Assembly (NCBI GenBank): GCA_021825295.1 | Contig: JAKAHV010000002.1 | Coordinates: 70,189-134,188 of the forward strand | DNA from: Nitrospirota bacterium | GTDB taxonomy: Bacteria > Nitrospirota > Thermodesulfovibrionia > Thermodesulfovibrionales > JdFR-88 | Direction: 5' to 3' | Length of the DNA: 64,000 bases | In this document: one piece after another, positions 1 through 10,565 of the stretch | How positions within the stretch are numbered: the first letter of the stretch is position 1 | Layout: each line of letters starts with the position of its first letter | Notes under the pieces: generated by a model | The model's input: the letters and a program-made list of their open reading frames with translations, nothing else | Told to the model about the DNA's origin: nothing | The model's database searches: none | Translations under genes and position numbers: made by a program

Positions 1-1
1 C

Positions 2-64
2 TGGGGGCCGCGGCAGGCCCAGACCCTCATCGAGGAGACGGGCCGAAGCTGGCTTACCGTGTGA
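2..64 (+). CDS. zwf: 3' end of glucose-6-phosphate dehydrogenase (partial, runs off window start)
   Basis: Frame 2 reads WGPRQAQTLIEETGRSWLTV* with TGA at 62-64. The WGP...GR.W tail is typical of the Zwf C-terminus, and pgl and gnd follow directly. Confidence 0.45.
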   Translation, partial: WGPRQAQTLIEETGRSWLTV

Positions 65-94
65 GGGGCGCCTCCCTGCGAAAGGCTGGTTGAA

Positions 95-883
95 ATGGCG
101 AAAAATCCGCAGGTCTTTGTGTTCGGGGAAAAATCAGCCCTGGAGGAATATCTTGCCGGCAGGTGGGTGGAGATAGCCCGGGCTGCCGTGGCTGAAAGGG
201 GTTTTTTTGCCGCGGCGCTCTCCGGGGGCAGGTCGCCTGCGGGGTTTTTCCGGAGGCTGGCCGCCATAAAGGACGCCTCCCTCTGGCGGGACACCCATAT
301 CTTCATGGTGGACGAGCGGATCGTCCCGCATGAGGATGAAGACAGCAACTGGAGAATGATGGATGAGGCGCTCTTCAGGAACGTCCCCCTCCTGCGGGAA
401 AATATCCATCCTGTCCCCACGGACTGCCGTCCCGAAGACTGCGCCCGGAGATACGAAGACGGGCTCAGGGCCTTTTTCAGGATATCCGCTGAAGGCGAAT
501 GGCCGGTCTTCGATCTTGTGCACCTCGGGATTGGAAAAGACGGACATACGGCGTCGCTTTTCCCCGGCTCGCCCGTCCTGAAGGAGAAAAAACACCTGGC
601 TGCAGCCGTTTTCCCCACGGGGCAGGCAGGCGGGGGGCATGACCGCGTGACACTCACATACCCGGTCCTGAATAACGCGAGAAACATCGTATTCCTCGTC
701 ACCGGGCAGGACAAGGCCGAGATCCTCGGGCGCGTGGCCGGAGGGGACCCCGGTCTTCCCGCCTCCGGGATCGGTCCGCGGAAGGGGAGCCTGATCGTTC
801 TTGCCGACAGCGGGGCGGCCTCCAGGCTGAAGCCCGGCTCTTACCTCACCCCCACGCTTTCGGCCCGGGAGAGGGAGGGGTAG
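95..883 (+). CDS. pgl: 6-phosphogluconolactonase
   Basis: 262-aa ORF with SGGRSP, VDERIVP and GIGKDGHTASLFPGSP, the hallmark blocks of the Pgl/DevB family. Confidence 0.85.
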   Translation: MAKNPQVFVFGEKSALEEYLAGRWVEIARAAVAERGFFAAALSGGRSPAGFFRRLAAIKDASLWRDTHIFMVDERIVPHEDEDSNWRMMDEALFRNVPLLRENIHPVPTDCRPEDCARRYEDGLRAFFRISAEGEWPVFDLVHLGIGKDGHTASLFPGSPVLKEKKHLAAAVFPTGQAGGGHDRVTLTYPVLNNARNIVFLVTGQDKAEILGRVAGGDPGLPASGIGPRKGSLIVLADSGAASRLKPGSYLTPTLSAREREG

Positions 884-938
884 CGCCGGGGACTGCAAGG
901 AGACTGAGGGTATGGCGCGGCAACAAAAAATGAAAAGG

Positions 939-1129
939 TTAGAACCTGTCTCAAAATTGATTCTGAAGCGAAAGAGAGAAGAAATCGTGGCAGACAAGGA
1001 AGAAATGTAAATCGCCCGGAGGCGCGGCAGTCCCGCCAAGGCGGGATTGAGGACGATTTCCCCTTGATGACGCCGTATGCCGCGATTTCGGCCTCTTGCA
1101 GCCGGAAGCGATTTTGAGCCAGGTTCTAA
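939..1129. repeat. Repeat family C, long copy (TIR ttagaacctgtctcaaaat / attttgagccaggttctaa)
   Basis: 19-nt terminal inverted repeats read directly. A shorter 63-bp copy lies at 34272-34334. The right end abuts the gnd Shine-Dalgarno. Confidence 0.6.
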
Positions 1130-1147
1130 AAAAGGAGGGCGATACCG

Positions 1148-2056
1148 TTGCAGATAGGAATGATAGGGCTTGGCAGGATGGGCGAGAACATGGCCAGGCG
1201 GCTCCTCAAGGGCCGCCACAAGGTGGTGGTGTACGACCGCGCGGCGGATAAGGTGAAGGAAATGGTCAAATATGGGGCAAAGGGCGCCTCTTCTTTGGAG
1301 GAGATGGTCTCGATGCTCGCCGCGCCCAGGGCCATATGGATAATGGTGCCCGCGGGCAAACCCGTTGACGACACCATTGACGCCCTCAAGGGCCTGCTCC
1401 GGAGGGGCGACCTTATAATCGACGGCGGAAACAGCCATTACAAGGACGACCTGCGGCGCGAAAAGGAACTGAAACCCCTGGGGCTGAACTACATGGACGT
1501 GGGGGTAAGCGGCGGCATCTGGGGCCTCAAGGAGGGCTATTGCCTGATGATAGGCGGGGACAGTAGGCTGTTTCGCCGCCTGGAGCCGGTCCTGAAGACC
1601 CTGGCCCCCAACAGGGAGGGATATATGTACTGCGGGACGGTCTCGGCGGGCCATTTCGTGAAGATGGTCCATAACGGGATCGAATACGGGATGATGGCGG
1701 CATATGGAGAGGGTTTTGCCCTGATAAAGGCGTCCCCGCATTCGGAGGGGCTCGATTTTTCGAGGCTCGCGCGTCTCTGGAACCAGGGCAGCGTAATAAG
1801 GTCCTGGCTGCTGGAGCTGATAGAGGACGCCTTCAGGAAAGACGGCGATCTCTCCGGGCTGGAAGGCTACGTGGAGGACTCCGGGGAGGGCCGGTGGACA
1901 GTCGAGGAGGCGGTTGAGGCGGGCGTGCCGATGCCGGTGATAGCCACATCCCTCTTCCAGAGGTTTGCGTCGAGGGGGCTCGCCGATTTTTCAAACAGGC
2001 TCCAGGCGGCCATGAGACAGGAATTCGGCGGCCACGCGGTAAAAAAGAGAAGGTAG
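1148..2056 (+). CDS. gnd: 6-phosphogluconate dehydrogenase, short (about 300 aa) decarboxylating type
   Basis: TTG start 9 nt after GGAGG. N-terminal Rossmann motif IGMIGLGRMGENMARRL, and VHNGIEYGMMAAYGEG typical of the Gnd/YqeC-like family. Confidence 0.85.
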   Translation: MQIGMIGLGRMGENMARRLLKGRHKVVVYDRAADKVKEMVKYGAKGASSLEEMVSMLAAPRAIWIMVPAGKPVDDTIDALKGLLRRGDLIIDGGNSHYKDDLRREKELKPLGLNYMDVGVSGGIWGLKEGYCLMIGGDSRLFRRLEPVLKTLAPNREGYMYCGTVSAGHFVKMVHNGIEYGMMAAYGEGFALIKASPHSEGLDFSRLARLWNQGSVIRSWLLELIEDAFRKDGDLSGLEGYVEDSGEGRWTVEEAVEAGVPMPVIATSLFQRFASRGLADFSNRLQAAMRQEFGGHAVKKRR

Positions 2057-2075
2057 ATGCAAACGGGGAAGTCAA

Positions 2076-3116
2076 ATGAAGGAGCTTATTGGAAGTTTCG
2101 ATCCCGGCTATTTCGCCTTCGTGATGGCAACCGGCATAGTGTCGATCGGCTGCCATCTGCTTGGAATGGAAGGGATTGCGGGCGTGCTGTTCCTCGCGAA
2201 CAAGGCGGCATGGATAATCATCGTTTTTCTCGCGCTTCTCAGGCTCGTTATTTTCCCATCGAGGCTCGCCGGTGATACGGGGCGCGACCGCGGGCCATCC
2301 CTGTTTACGGTGGTGCCCGGCGCCTGCATCCTGGGTGATCAGTTCGTGTTCATTTCAAATGATTACGGACCGGCCCTGGGGCTGTGGATCGCGGGTCTTG
2401 TCTTCTGGGTCCTTCTCATATACGCCTTTTTCACGGCTGTGGCGGCGGATGGACGGGCAGACCACCCGGTTCACGCGGGGTTCGGCGGAGAGTGGCTCAT
2501 ATTCGTGGTCGGCACCCAGGCGGTGTCGGTCCTGGGCACACGGCTCGCGAAGGGTTTCGCGGACAGCGGCTCCGCGTTCCTCTTTATCTCGCTGTGCATG
2601 TATCTGATAGGGGCGATGCTTTATATCGTCATAATAGGGCTCATATTTTATCGGATGTTCTTTTTTGCCATGCCGCCGGAGAGGCTCTCACCCGCGTACT
2701 GGATAAACATGGGGGCGGCTGCCATAACTACATTGTCCGGGGCGCTGCTATTGCAAAATGCGGGACGGTGGGATTTCCTTTCCGGACTGGCGCCTTTCCT
2801 GCGGGGCTTTACGCTTTTTTTTTGGGCGGCCGCGTCATGGTGGATCCCCCTGCTTGCCGCGCTTAACGCCTGGAAATATTTTTACGCTCGGCAGCCCCTT
2901 TCCTATGATGTAAAGCAGTGGAGCATGGTCTTCCCTCTGGGCATGTACACGGTGTGCACATACAGATTTTCATCCGTCTCCGGGCTGGATTTTCTCGCGC
3001 CCGCCGCCTCCTGGTTCATATATGCGGCCCTTGCCGCCTGGGCGGCCGTCTTCATAGGCATGCTGAAAAGATTGTTGGTGCTGCCGGAAAGGCTTTCGAA
3101 AACCCCTCTTCATTGA
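2076..3116 (+). CDS. TDT (TehA/Mae1-like tellurite-resistance/dicarboxylate) family membrane transporter
   Basis: 346 aa and about 10 hydrophobic segments. The N-terminal FDPGYFAFVMATGIVSIG block resembles the TDT family. Confidence 0.6.
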   Translation: MKELIGSFDPGYFAFVMATGIVSIGCHLLGMEGIAGVLFLANKAAWIIIVFLALLRLVIFPSRLAGDTGRDRGPSLFTVVPGACILGDQFVFISNDYGPALGLWIAGLVFWVLLIYAFFTAVAADGRADHPVHAGFGGEWLIFVVGTQAVSVLGTRLAKGFADSGSAFLFISLCMYLIGAMLYIVIIGLIFYRMFFFAMPPERLSPAYWINMGAAAITTLSGALLLQNAGRWDFLSGLAPFLRGFTLFFWAAASWWIPLLAALNAWKYFYARQPLSYDVKQWSMVFPLGMYTVCTYRFSSVSGLDFLAPAASWFIYAALAAWAAVFIGMLKRLLVLPERLSKTPLH

Positions 3117-3129
3117 GAGGGGGAAAATT

Positions 3130-4284
3130 CTACTTCCTCGCAAGCATGGCATCCCGCTTTTCGGCCATTGCGTGGAGGAGGGCCTGGAAGGACTCCGAGA
3201 ATTTCTCCACCCCTTCGGCTTCGAGCTGGCTTGTGACGCTGTCAATGTCCACGCCTGCGGATTTCAGGTCCATCATGGTCTGCCGGGCCCCGGCCGGGTC
3301 CCCTGGCAGGGCTGTCCTGACTTTCCCATGGTCCCTGAACGCCTCTATCGTCTCCTCCGGCATCGTGTTCACTGAATCCGGGGCGATGAGCTCCTCCACG
3401 TATTTTACGTCGCTGTAGGCGGGGTTTTTGGTGCTTGTGCTTGCCCACAGGATCCTCTGGATCAGAGCCCCTTTTTCCTTAAGTTTCAGGAAACGCCCGC
3501 CTGAAAAGGCATTTTTGTATACATCATAGGCCAGCGCCGCGTTTGCCACCGCGGCTTTTCCTGACAGGGACTCTATCTTTTCTTTCATCCGGGCCGCCGG
3601 GGCCTCTTTGTAGCGGCCGGTGAGGAGCTTGTCCGCGAGGGTGTCCACCCGGCTTACAAAGAAGCTGGCGACCGAGGCCACGCGGTCTATCGGTTTTCCC
3701 GCCTGCAGCCTTTTTTCAAGCCCGGAGATATAGGCGTCTATTACCTCCTTGTAGCGGCTGACGGAGAAAAGCAGGGTCACATTCACATTTATCCCCTCTC
3801 CTATAAGCTCCTCGATTGCGGGCAGCCCCTGCTTCGTTGCCGGCACCTTTACGAAGATATTTCTCTTTCCGGCCCAGGAGAAAAGCCTCCGCGCCTCCTT
3901 GATGGTGGCCCCGGTGTCGTAGGCAAGGTCCGGGGAGACCTCTATGCTCACATAGCCGTCAAGCCCGCCGGTTGCCTCGTAGACGGGATCAAGCATCCCG
4001 GCCGCCTCCTTCACGTCCTCTACCGCCAGCGACAGGAAAATCTCCTTGGGGTCGGATATCTTGTTTTTGAGCAGCCGCTCTATGGGCGGGTCGTAGTCAT
4101 CGCTGCCGGAGATCGCCTTCTCGAAAATGGTCGGGTTGGAAGTGACCCCGGACACGCCGTCATTTTCTATCAGGCGCTTCAGCACGCCGGCCTTCAGCAC
4201 ATGCCTGCTCAGGTAATCGAGCCAGACGCTCTGGCCCGCCTTCTTCAGATCAAGAAGCGGGTTTCCCGTTTTCATTTTTTCCAT
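3130..4284 (-). CDS. tal: Transaldolase (long form)
   Basis: GQSVWLDYLSR...VSGVTSNPTIFEKAI N-terminus and the FVKVPAT block; 384 aa. Confidence 0.9.
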   Translation of the reverse strand: MEKMKTGNPLLDLKKAGQSVWLDYLSRHVLKAGVLKRLIENDGVSGVTSNPTIFEKAISGSDDYDPPIERLLKNKISDPKEIFLSLAVEDVKEAAGMLDPVYEATGGLDGYVSIEVSPDLAYDTGATIKEARRLFSWAGKRNIFVKVPATKQGLPAIEELIGEGINVNVTLLFSVSRYKEVIDAYISGLEKRLQAGKPIDRVASVASFFVSRVDTLADKLLTGRYKEAPAARMKEKIESLSGKAAVANAALAYDVYKNAFSGGRFLKLKEKGALIQRILWASTSTKNPAYSDVKYVEELIAPDSVNTMPEETIEAFRDHGKVRTALPGDPAGARQTMMDLKSAGVDIDSVTSQLEAEGVEKFSESFQALLHAMAEKRDAMLARK

Positions 4285-4344
4285 GCTCGTTCTCGCTCCT
4301 TTTCGAATTGACGATCACATCCCCGGCAGGGGTCCCGGAAATAA

Positions 4345-6429
4345 TCAGGTCCTTGCCTTTCTGCCAAGGAGGGCCCTGGCCTTCTCCAGGATGTTTTCCG
4401 CCGTGAACCCGAAATTCTCCATGTTTACCCGGCCTGGGGACGAGGCGCCGAACCGGTCTATCCCCATGACCGCGCCGTGGCCGACAGCCGGGGGGCCCGC
4501 GTACCTGTACCAGTCGCTTGTGGCGGCGGCTTCAATCGTTATCCTTTCCGTCACATCCGGCGGCAGGACCTCGTTCCGGTAGCTCGCGCTCTGCTCTTCA
4601 AATATCTCACGGCAGGGCATGCTTACCACGCGCGCCTTCACGCCCTCGCGGGTGAGCGTCTCATATGCCTCCAGGGCGGGATGCACCTCGGAGCCGGTCG
4701 CGATGAGGATGATATCCGGTTTCCCGGATGCGAGGCCCGCGAGTATGTAGGCACCCTTGTGGAGTCCGCTCGCGGGGGCGTACTTCCGCCTGTCTATGAT
4801 TGGCAGCTTCTGCCTCGAAAATATGAGCGATACCGGTCCGGCCCTGCGCTCAAGGGCGGCCGCCCACGCCTCCGATGTCTCGTTTGCGTCCGCCGGCCTT
4901 ATGACGGTCATGTTCGGTATCGCGCGCAGGCCGGGCAAATGCTCAATGGGCTGGTGGGTGGGGCCGTCCTCGCCCAGGCCGGCAGAATCATGCGTAAAAA
5001 CGTAGATGACATGGAGCCGCATCATGCAGGCAAGTCTAATCGCGGGCCGCATGTAATCGGAAAATATCAGAAACGTGCTCGCGAAGGGCAGCAGCCCCCC
5101 GTGCAGGGCAAGCCCGCTTGTGATGGCGCACATTGCGTGCTCCCGCACGCCGTAGGCGATGTTCGGGGCGCTGAAATCCCATTTGCCGGTAGAGCCCTGG
5201 ATGGCCTCCGTGCCCGCGTCCGGCGGCTCGAAGGTGCCGCGTCCCGCGAGGGCCGTGTAGGTTGAGGGGTTTAGGTCGCCTGAGCCGCCTATCAGGGAAG
5301 GGACATAATCATAGAGCGCGTTCAAGGTCATTCCGCCGGCCTTGCGGGTGGCCACGGGTTTGTCCCCGGCCTTGAATACCGGCAGCTTTTCCTTCCAGCC
5401 GGCCGCGTATTTTCCCCCCCACATCTGGTCCCACCTGGCCTTGAGGTCCGGATAGGCCTTTGCGTATGCCTCCATCTTCAGGTCCCAGTCTTCCCCGGCC
5501 CTCCGGCCCCGCGGCAGCGCCGCACCGAATATCTTCAGCGCCTCTTCAGGGATGTGGAAGGCGGGTTCCCGGGGCCAGCCCAGGTTCTGTTTTGTGAGCC
5601 TGACTTCTTCCTCTCCAAGCGGCGAGCCGTGGGACTCGAAGGTGTCCTGCTTGTGCGGGCTTCCGTATCCGATATGGGTCCTGACCATTATGAGGGAGGG
5701 CCGCTCCGTCTCCCGCTGCGCGACCTCGATTGCGCTGCCGATGGCCGCGATATCGTTGCCGTCCTCTATCTTCTGCACGTGCCAGCCGAATGCCTCGAAC
5801 CTTTTGGCGGCGTCTTCAGTGAAGGTAAGCTCGGTCGCTCCGGACAGGCTTATATGATTGTTGTCGTAGAGGTATATGAGCTTGCCAAGCTTGAAATGGC
5901 CGGCAAGCGATGCGGCCTCGCTTGATATGCCCTCCATGAGGTCCCCGTCGCTTGCAATAGCGTATGTATAGTGGTTTACTATCTCGTGCCCGGGGCGGTT
6001 GAAATTCGCCTGGAGGAATTTTTCCGCCATCGCCATCCCCACGCCGTCTCCAAAACCCTGCCCCAGAGGGCCGGTTGTGCACTCCACCCCGCGCTCAATA
6101 TCATATTCCGGATGGCCGGGGGTGTGGCTGCCCCACTGCCTGAAATTCTTCAGCTCCTCCATCGGCATGTCGTAGCCCGTCAGGTGGAGCATGGCGTACA
6201 GGAGGGCGGAGCCGTGGCCGGCCGAGAGGATGAAGCGGTCGCGGTCAGGCCATTTCGGGTTGGCGGGGTTGAATTTTAAAAAGCGGGTCCAAAGCACATA
6301 GGCCATCGGCGCGGCCCCCATGGGCATTCCGGGATGGCCGGAATTGGCCTTTTGCACCATGTCCACGGCCAGCATCCTTATTGTATTTATGCAGAGATTG
6401 TCGATATCCAAATGCATTCCTCCTCTCAT
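4345..6429 (-). CDS. tkt: Transketolase
   Basis: [31 protein letters not shown] and the [11 protein letters not shown] ThDP motif; 694 aa. The start may be the second ATG at 6417. Confidence 0.92.
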   Translation of the reverse strand: MRGGMHLDIDNLCINTIRMLAVDMVQKANSGHPGMPMGAAPMAYVLWTRFLKFNPANPKWPDRDRFILSAGHGSALLYAMLHLTGYDMPMEELKNFRQWGSHTPGHPEYDIERGVECTTGPLGQGFGDGVGMAMAEKFLQANFNRPGHEIVNHYTYAIASDGDLMEGISSEAASLAGHFKLGKLIYLYDNNHISLSGATELTFTEDAAKRFEAFGWHVQKIEDGNDIAAIGSAIEVAQRETERPSLIMVRTHIGYGSPHKQDTFESHGSPLGEEEVRLTKQNLGWPREPAFHIPEEALKIFGAALPRGRRAGEDWDLKMEAYAKAYPDLKARWDQMWGGKYAAGWKEKLPVFKAGDKPVATRKAGGMTLNALYDYVPSLIGGSGDLNPSTYTALAGRGTFEPPDAGTEAIQGSTGKWDFSAPNIAYGVREHAMCAITSGLALHGGLLPFASTFLIFSDYMRPAIRLACMMRLHVIYVFTHDSAGLGEDGPTHQPIEHLPGLRAIPNMTVIRPADANETSEAWAAALERRAGPVSLIFSRQKLPIIDRRKYAPASGLHKGAYILAGLASGKPDIILIATGSEVHPALEAYETLTREGVKARVVSMPCREIFEEQSASYRNEVLPPDVTERITIEAAATSDWYRYAGPPAVGHGAVMGIDRFGASSPGRVNMENFGFTAENILEKARALLGRKART

Positions 6430-7886
6430 ATTCCCCTTTTTTCATTTTCAACCGTGCCCATGAATTCCTTGTTCCAGTAAGGAGTGGTGAGCCTGCTCAC
6501 CTTTTCGCCGTATTCGGACATCCCTTTGTGGTAATCCGCGTCCCCGAGGGCCTGCTCCGCGTTCGTGTCGAGTGGTTTCGCGCCGAACTGCCTTATGACG
6601 CCCAGCGCCTTGTCGAAGTGGTCCCTTATGATGCAGGGCACGATGAAGTTTTGCACCTTTTCCGCGGGCTGGGCGTAGCCGTAGTCGTTTTGCCATTTGC
6701 GTATGGACTTGAAATAATCGGAAAAAAGCACGTCGTTCAGGGTCTTGCCTGCCCTGTAGAGGTCGTGGATGTTTGATAGGTAATAGGGGAAAAAGGCGCA
6801 GGGGGCCACGTTCCCGTTCCAGTCTATGTAGAAATAGCCGCCCGGTCTGCCCGCGGAGATGCAGCCCAGGGAATAGGGCCCGCCGTTCCAGAAATCGACA
6901 AGAAACAGGTTGGATTCGTGTATCATGCGCTGCTCGTTCTTGAAGAGGGCCAGCCGCTGCTCCGGGGTGATCATGAGGTCCAGGGTGTAGCTCCTGCCTA
7001 TGGGCATGTAATGGAATATCCAGCCGTAAACGGCCCCTTTCCGGCCGAAATAGAGGTCGGAGAATCCGGCGGACATTATGGCGTCCACGTTGAAGCGCGT
7101 GGCGGTTACGCTTACGCCAAACGGCACGCCGGCCTCCTTCAGGTTGTCCATCGCCCGCATTATCCTGCCGAAGACCCCCTTGCCCCGCCGCCCGTCGGTC
7201 TCTTTCTCGAAACCCTCCACCGAGATGGCCGGCGTGATGTTGCCCAGCTCTGCCATCCTCCTTGCCGTCTCCTTGTCTATCAGGGTGCCGTTGGTGTACA
7301 TCATGAAGTAGACGCCGCTGTTTTCCTCCAGGAGGTCGAAAAGCCCTTTGCCGCTGTCCCTGTCGCGGTAGAGCAGGGGTTCGCCGCCCGATATCACGGT
7401 GAAGTGGGACCCCCAAAGCTCTTTTTTCTCCTTGATGATCCTGTCGAGTATGCCGTAGCCCAGGGTCTCCGCGCTGCCCGCGGAGCTTGAGGCATAGCAG
7501 CCGGTGCAAAAGAGGTTGCATTTCCTGGTGGGGCTTATGGTCAGAAACGCCGGGGGGTATATGCCGTATTTTTCATGGAAATGCCGGGTGCGGTCTTCCT
7601 CTCCCAGCAGGATATTGCCTATGAAATTCCTCGTTATCGCCCCGAAGACCCCGGCGGATATGCGTCCGTCCGACAGCGCCGCGTTGACCGTGTGGAGCAG
7701 GTTTCCGAGCATCTTCGCGCGCGCCTTCTGGATGAGGGGCGGCCTGTCGCCGGTGTTTTTAATCACGAAATTCTCATGGAGCCTTTCTTCCGCTTTCTTA
7801 AGCAGAAGCCTCCGGATGACGTCCTGCCTCAGACAGAAATCAAGGACGCCCGGAGACAGGCGCTTCCAGATGAGGTTGAATTTCAT
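6426..7886 (-). CDS. Radical SAM protein with C-terminal Cys-containing (SPASM/twitch-like) extension, function unknown
   Basis: CNLFCTGC (CxxxCxxC) cluster motif, GGEPLL, and a later GCISAGR...[10 protein letters not shown] block. Its stop overlaps the longest tkt start by 4 nt. Confidence 0.75.
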   Translation of the reverse strand: MKFNLIWKRLSPGVLDFCLRQDVIRRLLLKKAEERLHENFVIKNTGDRPPLIQKARAKMLGNLLHTVNAALSDGRISAGVFGAITRNFIGNILLGEEDRTRHFHEKYGIYPPAFLTISPTRKCNLFCTGCYASSSAGSAETLGYGILDRIIKEKKELWGSHFTVISGGEPLLYRDRDSGKGLFDLLEENSGVYFMMYTNGTLIDKETARRMAELGNITPAISVEGFEKETDGRRGKGVFGRIMRAMDNLKEAGVPFGVSVTATRFNVDAIMSAGFSDLYFGRKGAVYGWIFHYMPIGRSYTLDLMITPEQRLALFKNEQRMIHESNLFLVDFWNGGPYSLGCISAGRPGGYFYIDWNGNVAPCAFFPYYLSNIHDLYRAGKTLNDVLFSDYFKSIRKWQNDYGYAQPAEKVQNFIVPCIIRDHFDKALGVIRQFGAKPLDTNAEQALGDADYHKGMSEYGEKVSRLTTPYWNKEFMGTVENEKRGI

Positions 7887-8031
7887 GACGTCTCCTTTCG
7901 CTCATGGGGGACTGGAGGTCCGCCGCGCCAGAGACCGCGTGGAACTTTAGAGCTGCGATTGCCTGCGGTTGCAGTGTTTTTTAAATGCTCCCACTTAAAA
8001 TCCGCCTTGTCAACAATGCGCGCCCTACGGC

Positions 8032-8276
8032 AGTGTCTCAGTTTAGCAATGCAGCCGGGCGATGGCGGATTGAGCGACATGGCTTTTTTTCGTAGCCGGT
8101 GCCGGCGAAGCGAAGCGGCAGCATCTCCGGCTGTCTGAGCCGAAGGGGATCAGTCCCGAGGGACCTGTCCCTGAAGGCGAGTTTCGGAGATGCAGCGGAG
8201 CGAGGCCATGCAGCGGCAGAAAAAAAGCCCAAAAAAGCGAAATCGCCACGGTCCGGCAAATCAAACTAAGGCACTG
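8032..8276. repeat. Repeat family A copy 1 (MITE-like, imperfect TIR about AGTGCCTCAGTTTGGCA)
   Basis: Collinear with 43792-44120 apart from an internal module of about 100 nt. The ends agtgtctcagtttagca / caaactaaggcact are inverted. Confidence 0.6.
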
Positions 8277-8295
8277 ATATGTATTGCCGGCGCGT

Positions 8296-9558
8296 TTAGT
8301 CCTGGCCGTGGCACTTGTTGCAGAGGCTCCTCTGGTACGTCCCGTAGAGGGCGGCGATGTCGCGGCCGTAATAGGGGGCGTTGTTGACAAAGACATGGGT
8401 GACCCTGTCGCCTGTGTTGGCCGGATGGGACTGGGCCAGGAACTCCGCCTGGGTGTCCCATCTGGTCATCTCCGGGAAGGCGGAGGCGTGCGCCCTGTGG
8501 CAGCTCAGGCACATGGCGTTTGCGGGGGGGGACGTGGCCGGGCCGGCGGTGCTTGTGTTGCTCAGGACGGCGCCAAGGCCCCGTTCGAACGGGACGAGGG
8601 AGAGATAGGAGTTGTTTGAGTTGCCGCTGAAATCCCCGGATTTGACATAGGAATTGTAATTGTCCGCAATGCCCCTGGCAAACACGGCGGAAATGCCCGC
8701 CGGGTGGCGGTGCAGGGCGGCCGTGCCGTTGGTGGAGTTCAGGAACTTGTCATGGCAGTTGGCGCACCATTCGGACATGCCGTAGCCGTAGTCCGTGTGG
8801 CGCAGGTTGTCGTAGGTCTCCGTAAACGGCGGGGGGACCGAGACGGCCATGGGGGCGTTATAGGCGAAAGTCATGAGGAACTCGTGGTTGCCCGTATAAA
8901 ACCTGTCGCCAAGCAGCCTGTAATTGCCTGCCTGATACCCGCTTGGCACGGCCAGCCCGTATGAGCCGGACTCCACGATCGCCTCCTGGCCCGCCAGGGA
9001 GCCCCCGTTGGCCCGCCCGTGGGGGTCGTGGCAACTGTTGCAGGCAAGCGCGCTGGCTGGATATCTGATCGTGCTGCCGGGCGCCACCGTGAGCGAGGTG
9101 TCGGCGGTAAGCCCGAAGTCCGCGGCGATTATGTTGTGGCCGTGTTCCTGCCCCAGGACCGTGACGGGCTGCAGGGAAACGCCGCCGGCCTGCGGCGTGT
9201 AGGTGACATCCTCGGTGAGCCAGAAGAAATCTCCACCCGGGGTGAATGCGCTGCCGTCGGTGGTCAGCACGGATATGGGGGATTTTGAGTGGCAGTTAAG
9301 ACAGGTGGAGCTGGCATCGGAGCCCTGAAGCAGGTACGTGTTGGCCGCCTGGCCCGCCACGCCCGCCGGCAGGCCGCCGGCAACGGTGGCATTGCTGGCG
9401 CCGGGCGTTACAAAATTGTTGTGCATCGTATGGCAGCCCTCGCAATAGCCGACGCCTCCATTATGGAACGCCGAGGCGGTCTTGCCGCCGGCCGCCGCCA
9501 GGGCATAGATGACCATCACAAGGGCGGCTGCGGTGAATATGGACCTGGGGAATTTCAT
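8296..9558 (-). CDS. Secreted hexahaem c-type cytochrome, OmcS-family paralog 1 (most divergent)
   Basis: Start taken at MKFPRS, with GGAGG 7 nt upstream. Signal peptide, then FHNGGVGYCEGCHTMHN. Six CxxCH motifs: CEGCH, CLNCH, CNSCH, CANCH, CLSCH, CNKCH. C-terminus YQRSLCNKCHGQD. Confidence 0.8.
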   Translation of the reverse strand: MKFPRSIFTAAALVMVIYALAAAGGKTASAFHNGGVGYCEGCHTMHNNFVTPGASNATVAGGLPAGVAGQAANTYLLQGSDASSTCLNCHSKSPISVLTTDGSAFTPGGDFFWLTEDVTYTPQAGGVSLQPVTVLGQEHGHNIIAADFGLTADTSLTVAPGSTIRYPASALACNSCHDPHGRANGGSLAGQEAIVESGSYGLAVPSGYQAGNYRLLGDRFYTGNHEFLMTFAYNAPMAVSVPPPFTETYDNLRHTDYGYGMSEWCANCHDKFLNSTNGTAALHRHPAGISAVFARGIADNYNSYVKSGDFSGNSNNSYLSLVPFERGLGAVLSNTSTAGPATSPPANAMCLSCHRAHASAFPEMTRWDTQAEFLAQSHPANTGDRVTHVFVNNAPYYGRDIAALYGTYQRSLCNKCHGQD

Positions 9559-9732
9559 GGGCCGGCCTCCTGGCCGCATGCGGGGGTTTTTTGTTGGCCG
9601 TCCGGTTTGGATTACGCCTGACTCTGGAGAACCGCGGAGTGCTGCCCTGAACCTGTCAATTACGAACTCTCCGGCGATGCGCCGGCTGATTAAAACCTAT
9701 CAGGAATCCAGTGGGATGTCAATCTTTAAAAC

Positions 9733-9756
9733 AAAAAACCCCTGAAAATTCAAGGG
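9733..9756 (-). terminator. Rho-independent terminator of the csp gene
   Basis: Minus-strand RNA reads cccuug-aauuuu-cagggg followed by UUUUUU, immediately after the csp stop. Confidence 0.6.
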
Positions 9757-9790
9757 CTTTTTGTCTTTTATATACCGGGTTATATCGTGG

Positions 9791-9994
9791 TTATGCTTTT
9801 TTCTCCACGTTCACGGCCCTTGGCCCCTTTGGCCCCTGTTCGACGTCGAAGCTGACCGCCTGGCCTTCGGCAAGTGTCTTGAACCCGTCTGATTTTATTG
9901 CGGAGAAATGGACGAAGACTTCGTTGCCGTCATCCGCGGTGATAAAACCGAACCCCTTCGCTTCGTTGAACCATTTTACTTTGCCTGTCTGCAT
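9791..9994 (-). CDS. cspA: Cold-shock protein (CspA family)
   Basis: 67 aa; [15 protein letters not shown] and VFVHFSAI carry the RNP1/RNP2 motifs. Confidence 0.92.
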   Translation of the reverse strand: MQTGKVKWFNEAKGFGFITADDGNEVFVHFSAIKSDGFKTLAEGQAVSFDVEQGPKGPRAVNVEKKA

Positions 9995-10110
9995 CTGGTG
10001 AAAAGACCTCCTTGAATTTTTAAAAAAATAACCCTATAGCCTCTCCGGGTAATGCAAAACGTGAATACTTTGCCATGGGTCCGCCCCTAAAGTCAATCTT
10101 TCTGCCAGTT

Positions 10111-10318
10111 GGGCCTGCGTCAGATTTGTGGGGCTGGTATCTGCCTGTTCCTGGAGAGAAGCGAAGAGCGGACGGATACGACGGGCCCCATCATGACAAT
10201 GGCTTGATATTCGCCCTTGGCGGCAATCCCGCCGCAGGGGGCTTACGCCCGGAACCGCGCGCTGAACGGAAGGGGCAGGCAGATGCCACGCCTTGCCCCA
10301 CAAATCTGACGCAGGCCC
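10111..10318 (+). mobile_element. MITE family B copy 1 (24-nt perfect TIR gggcctgcgtcagatttgtggggc)
   Basis: Left end 10111-10134 is the exact reverse complement of right end 10295-10318. A second copy lies at 19781-20016. There is no coding capacity. Confidence 0.75.
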
Positions 10319-10376
10319 CTGCCAGTTTTCTCACCCCTCAATCTTTCCCTATCAGGCGGTCTAAATCCAATTTTAG

Positions 10377-10409
10377 GTGAAATCACGCAAATGCCATGTG
10401 GGATTTCAC
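10377..10409. promoter_or_regulatory. Inverted repeat GTGAAATC-N16-GATTTCAC, candidate enhancer (UAS) for the sigma-54 promoter downstream
   Basis: 8-bp perfect arms. A related AAATCACGCAgAAT..GGGATTTC site sits upstream of the second sigma-54 promoter (12213-12238). Confidence 0.4.
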
Positions 10410-10565
10410 AGAGCAGGGGCGGATAGCGCCAGCGCCTCCCGAATTGGGAAACCCTGGCCAATCACCAGTGCTTTTTAAAAAGTTTGTTGTTTTTAAATGA
10501 TTTTATTTGAGTTTCTATTCAAACAATTAAATATATAGATAATTGCGAATATTTTAAAAAAGCCT

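Noticed and set aside
134-1741. 535-aa minus-strand ORF spanning pgl and gnd
   Set aside because: It is antisense to two well-supported genes and has an Arg/Pro/Gly-rich low-complexity composition typical of GC-rich antisense frames. No recognisable motifs.
6448-7521. 357-aa alternative-frame ORF on the same strand as the radical SAM gene
   Set aside because: It is an Arg/Gly/Pro-rich out-of-frame read of a gene whose main frame carries clear radical SAM motifs.
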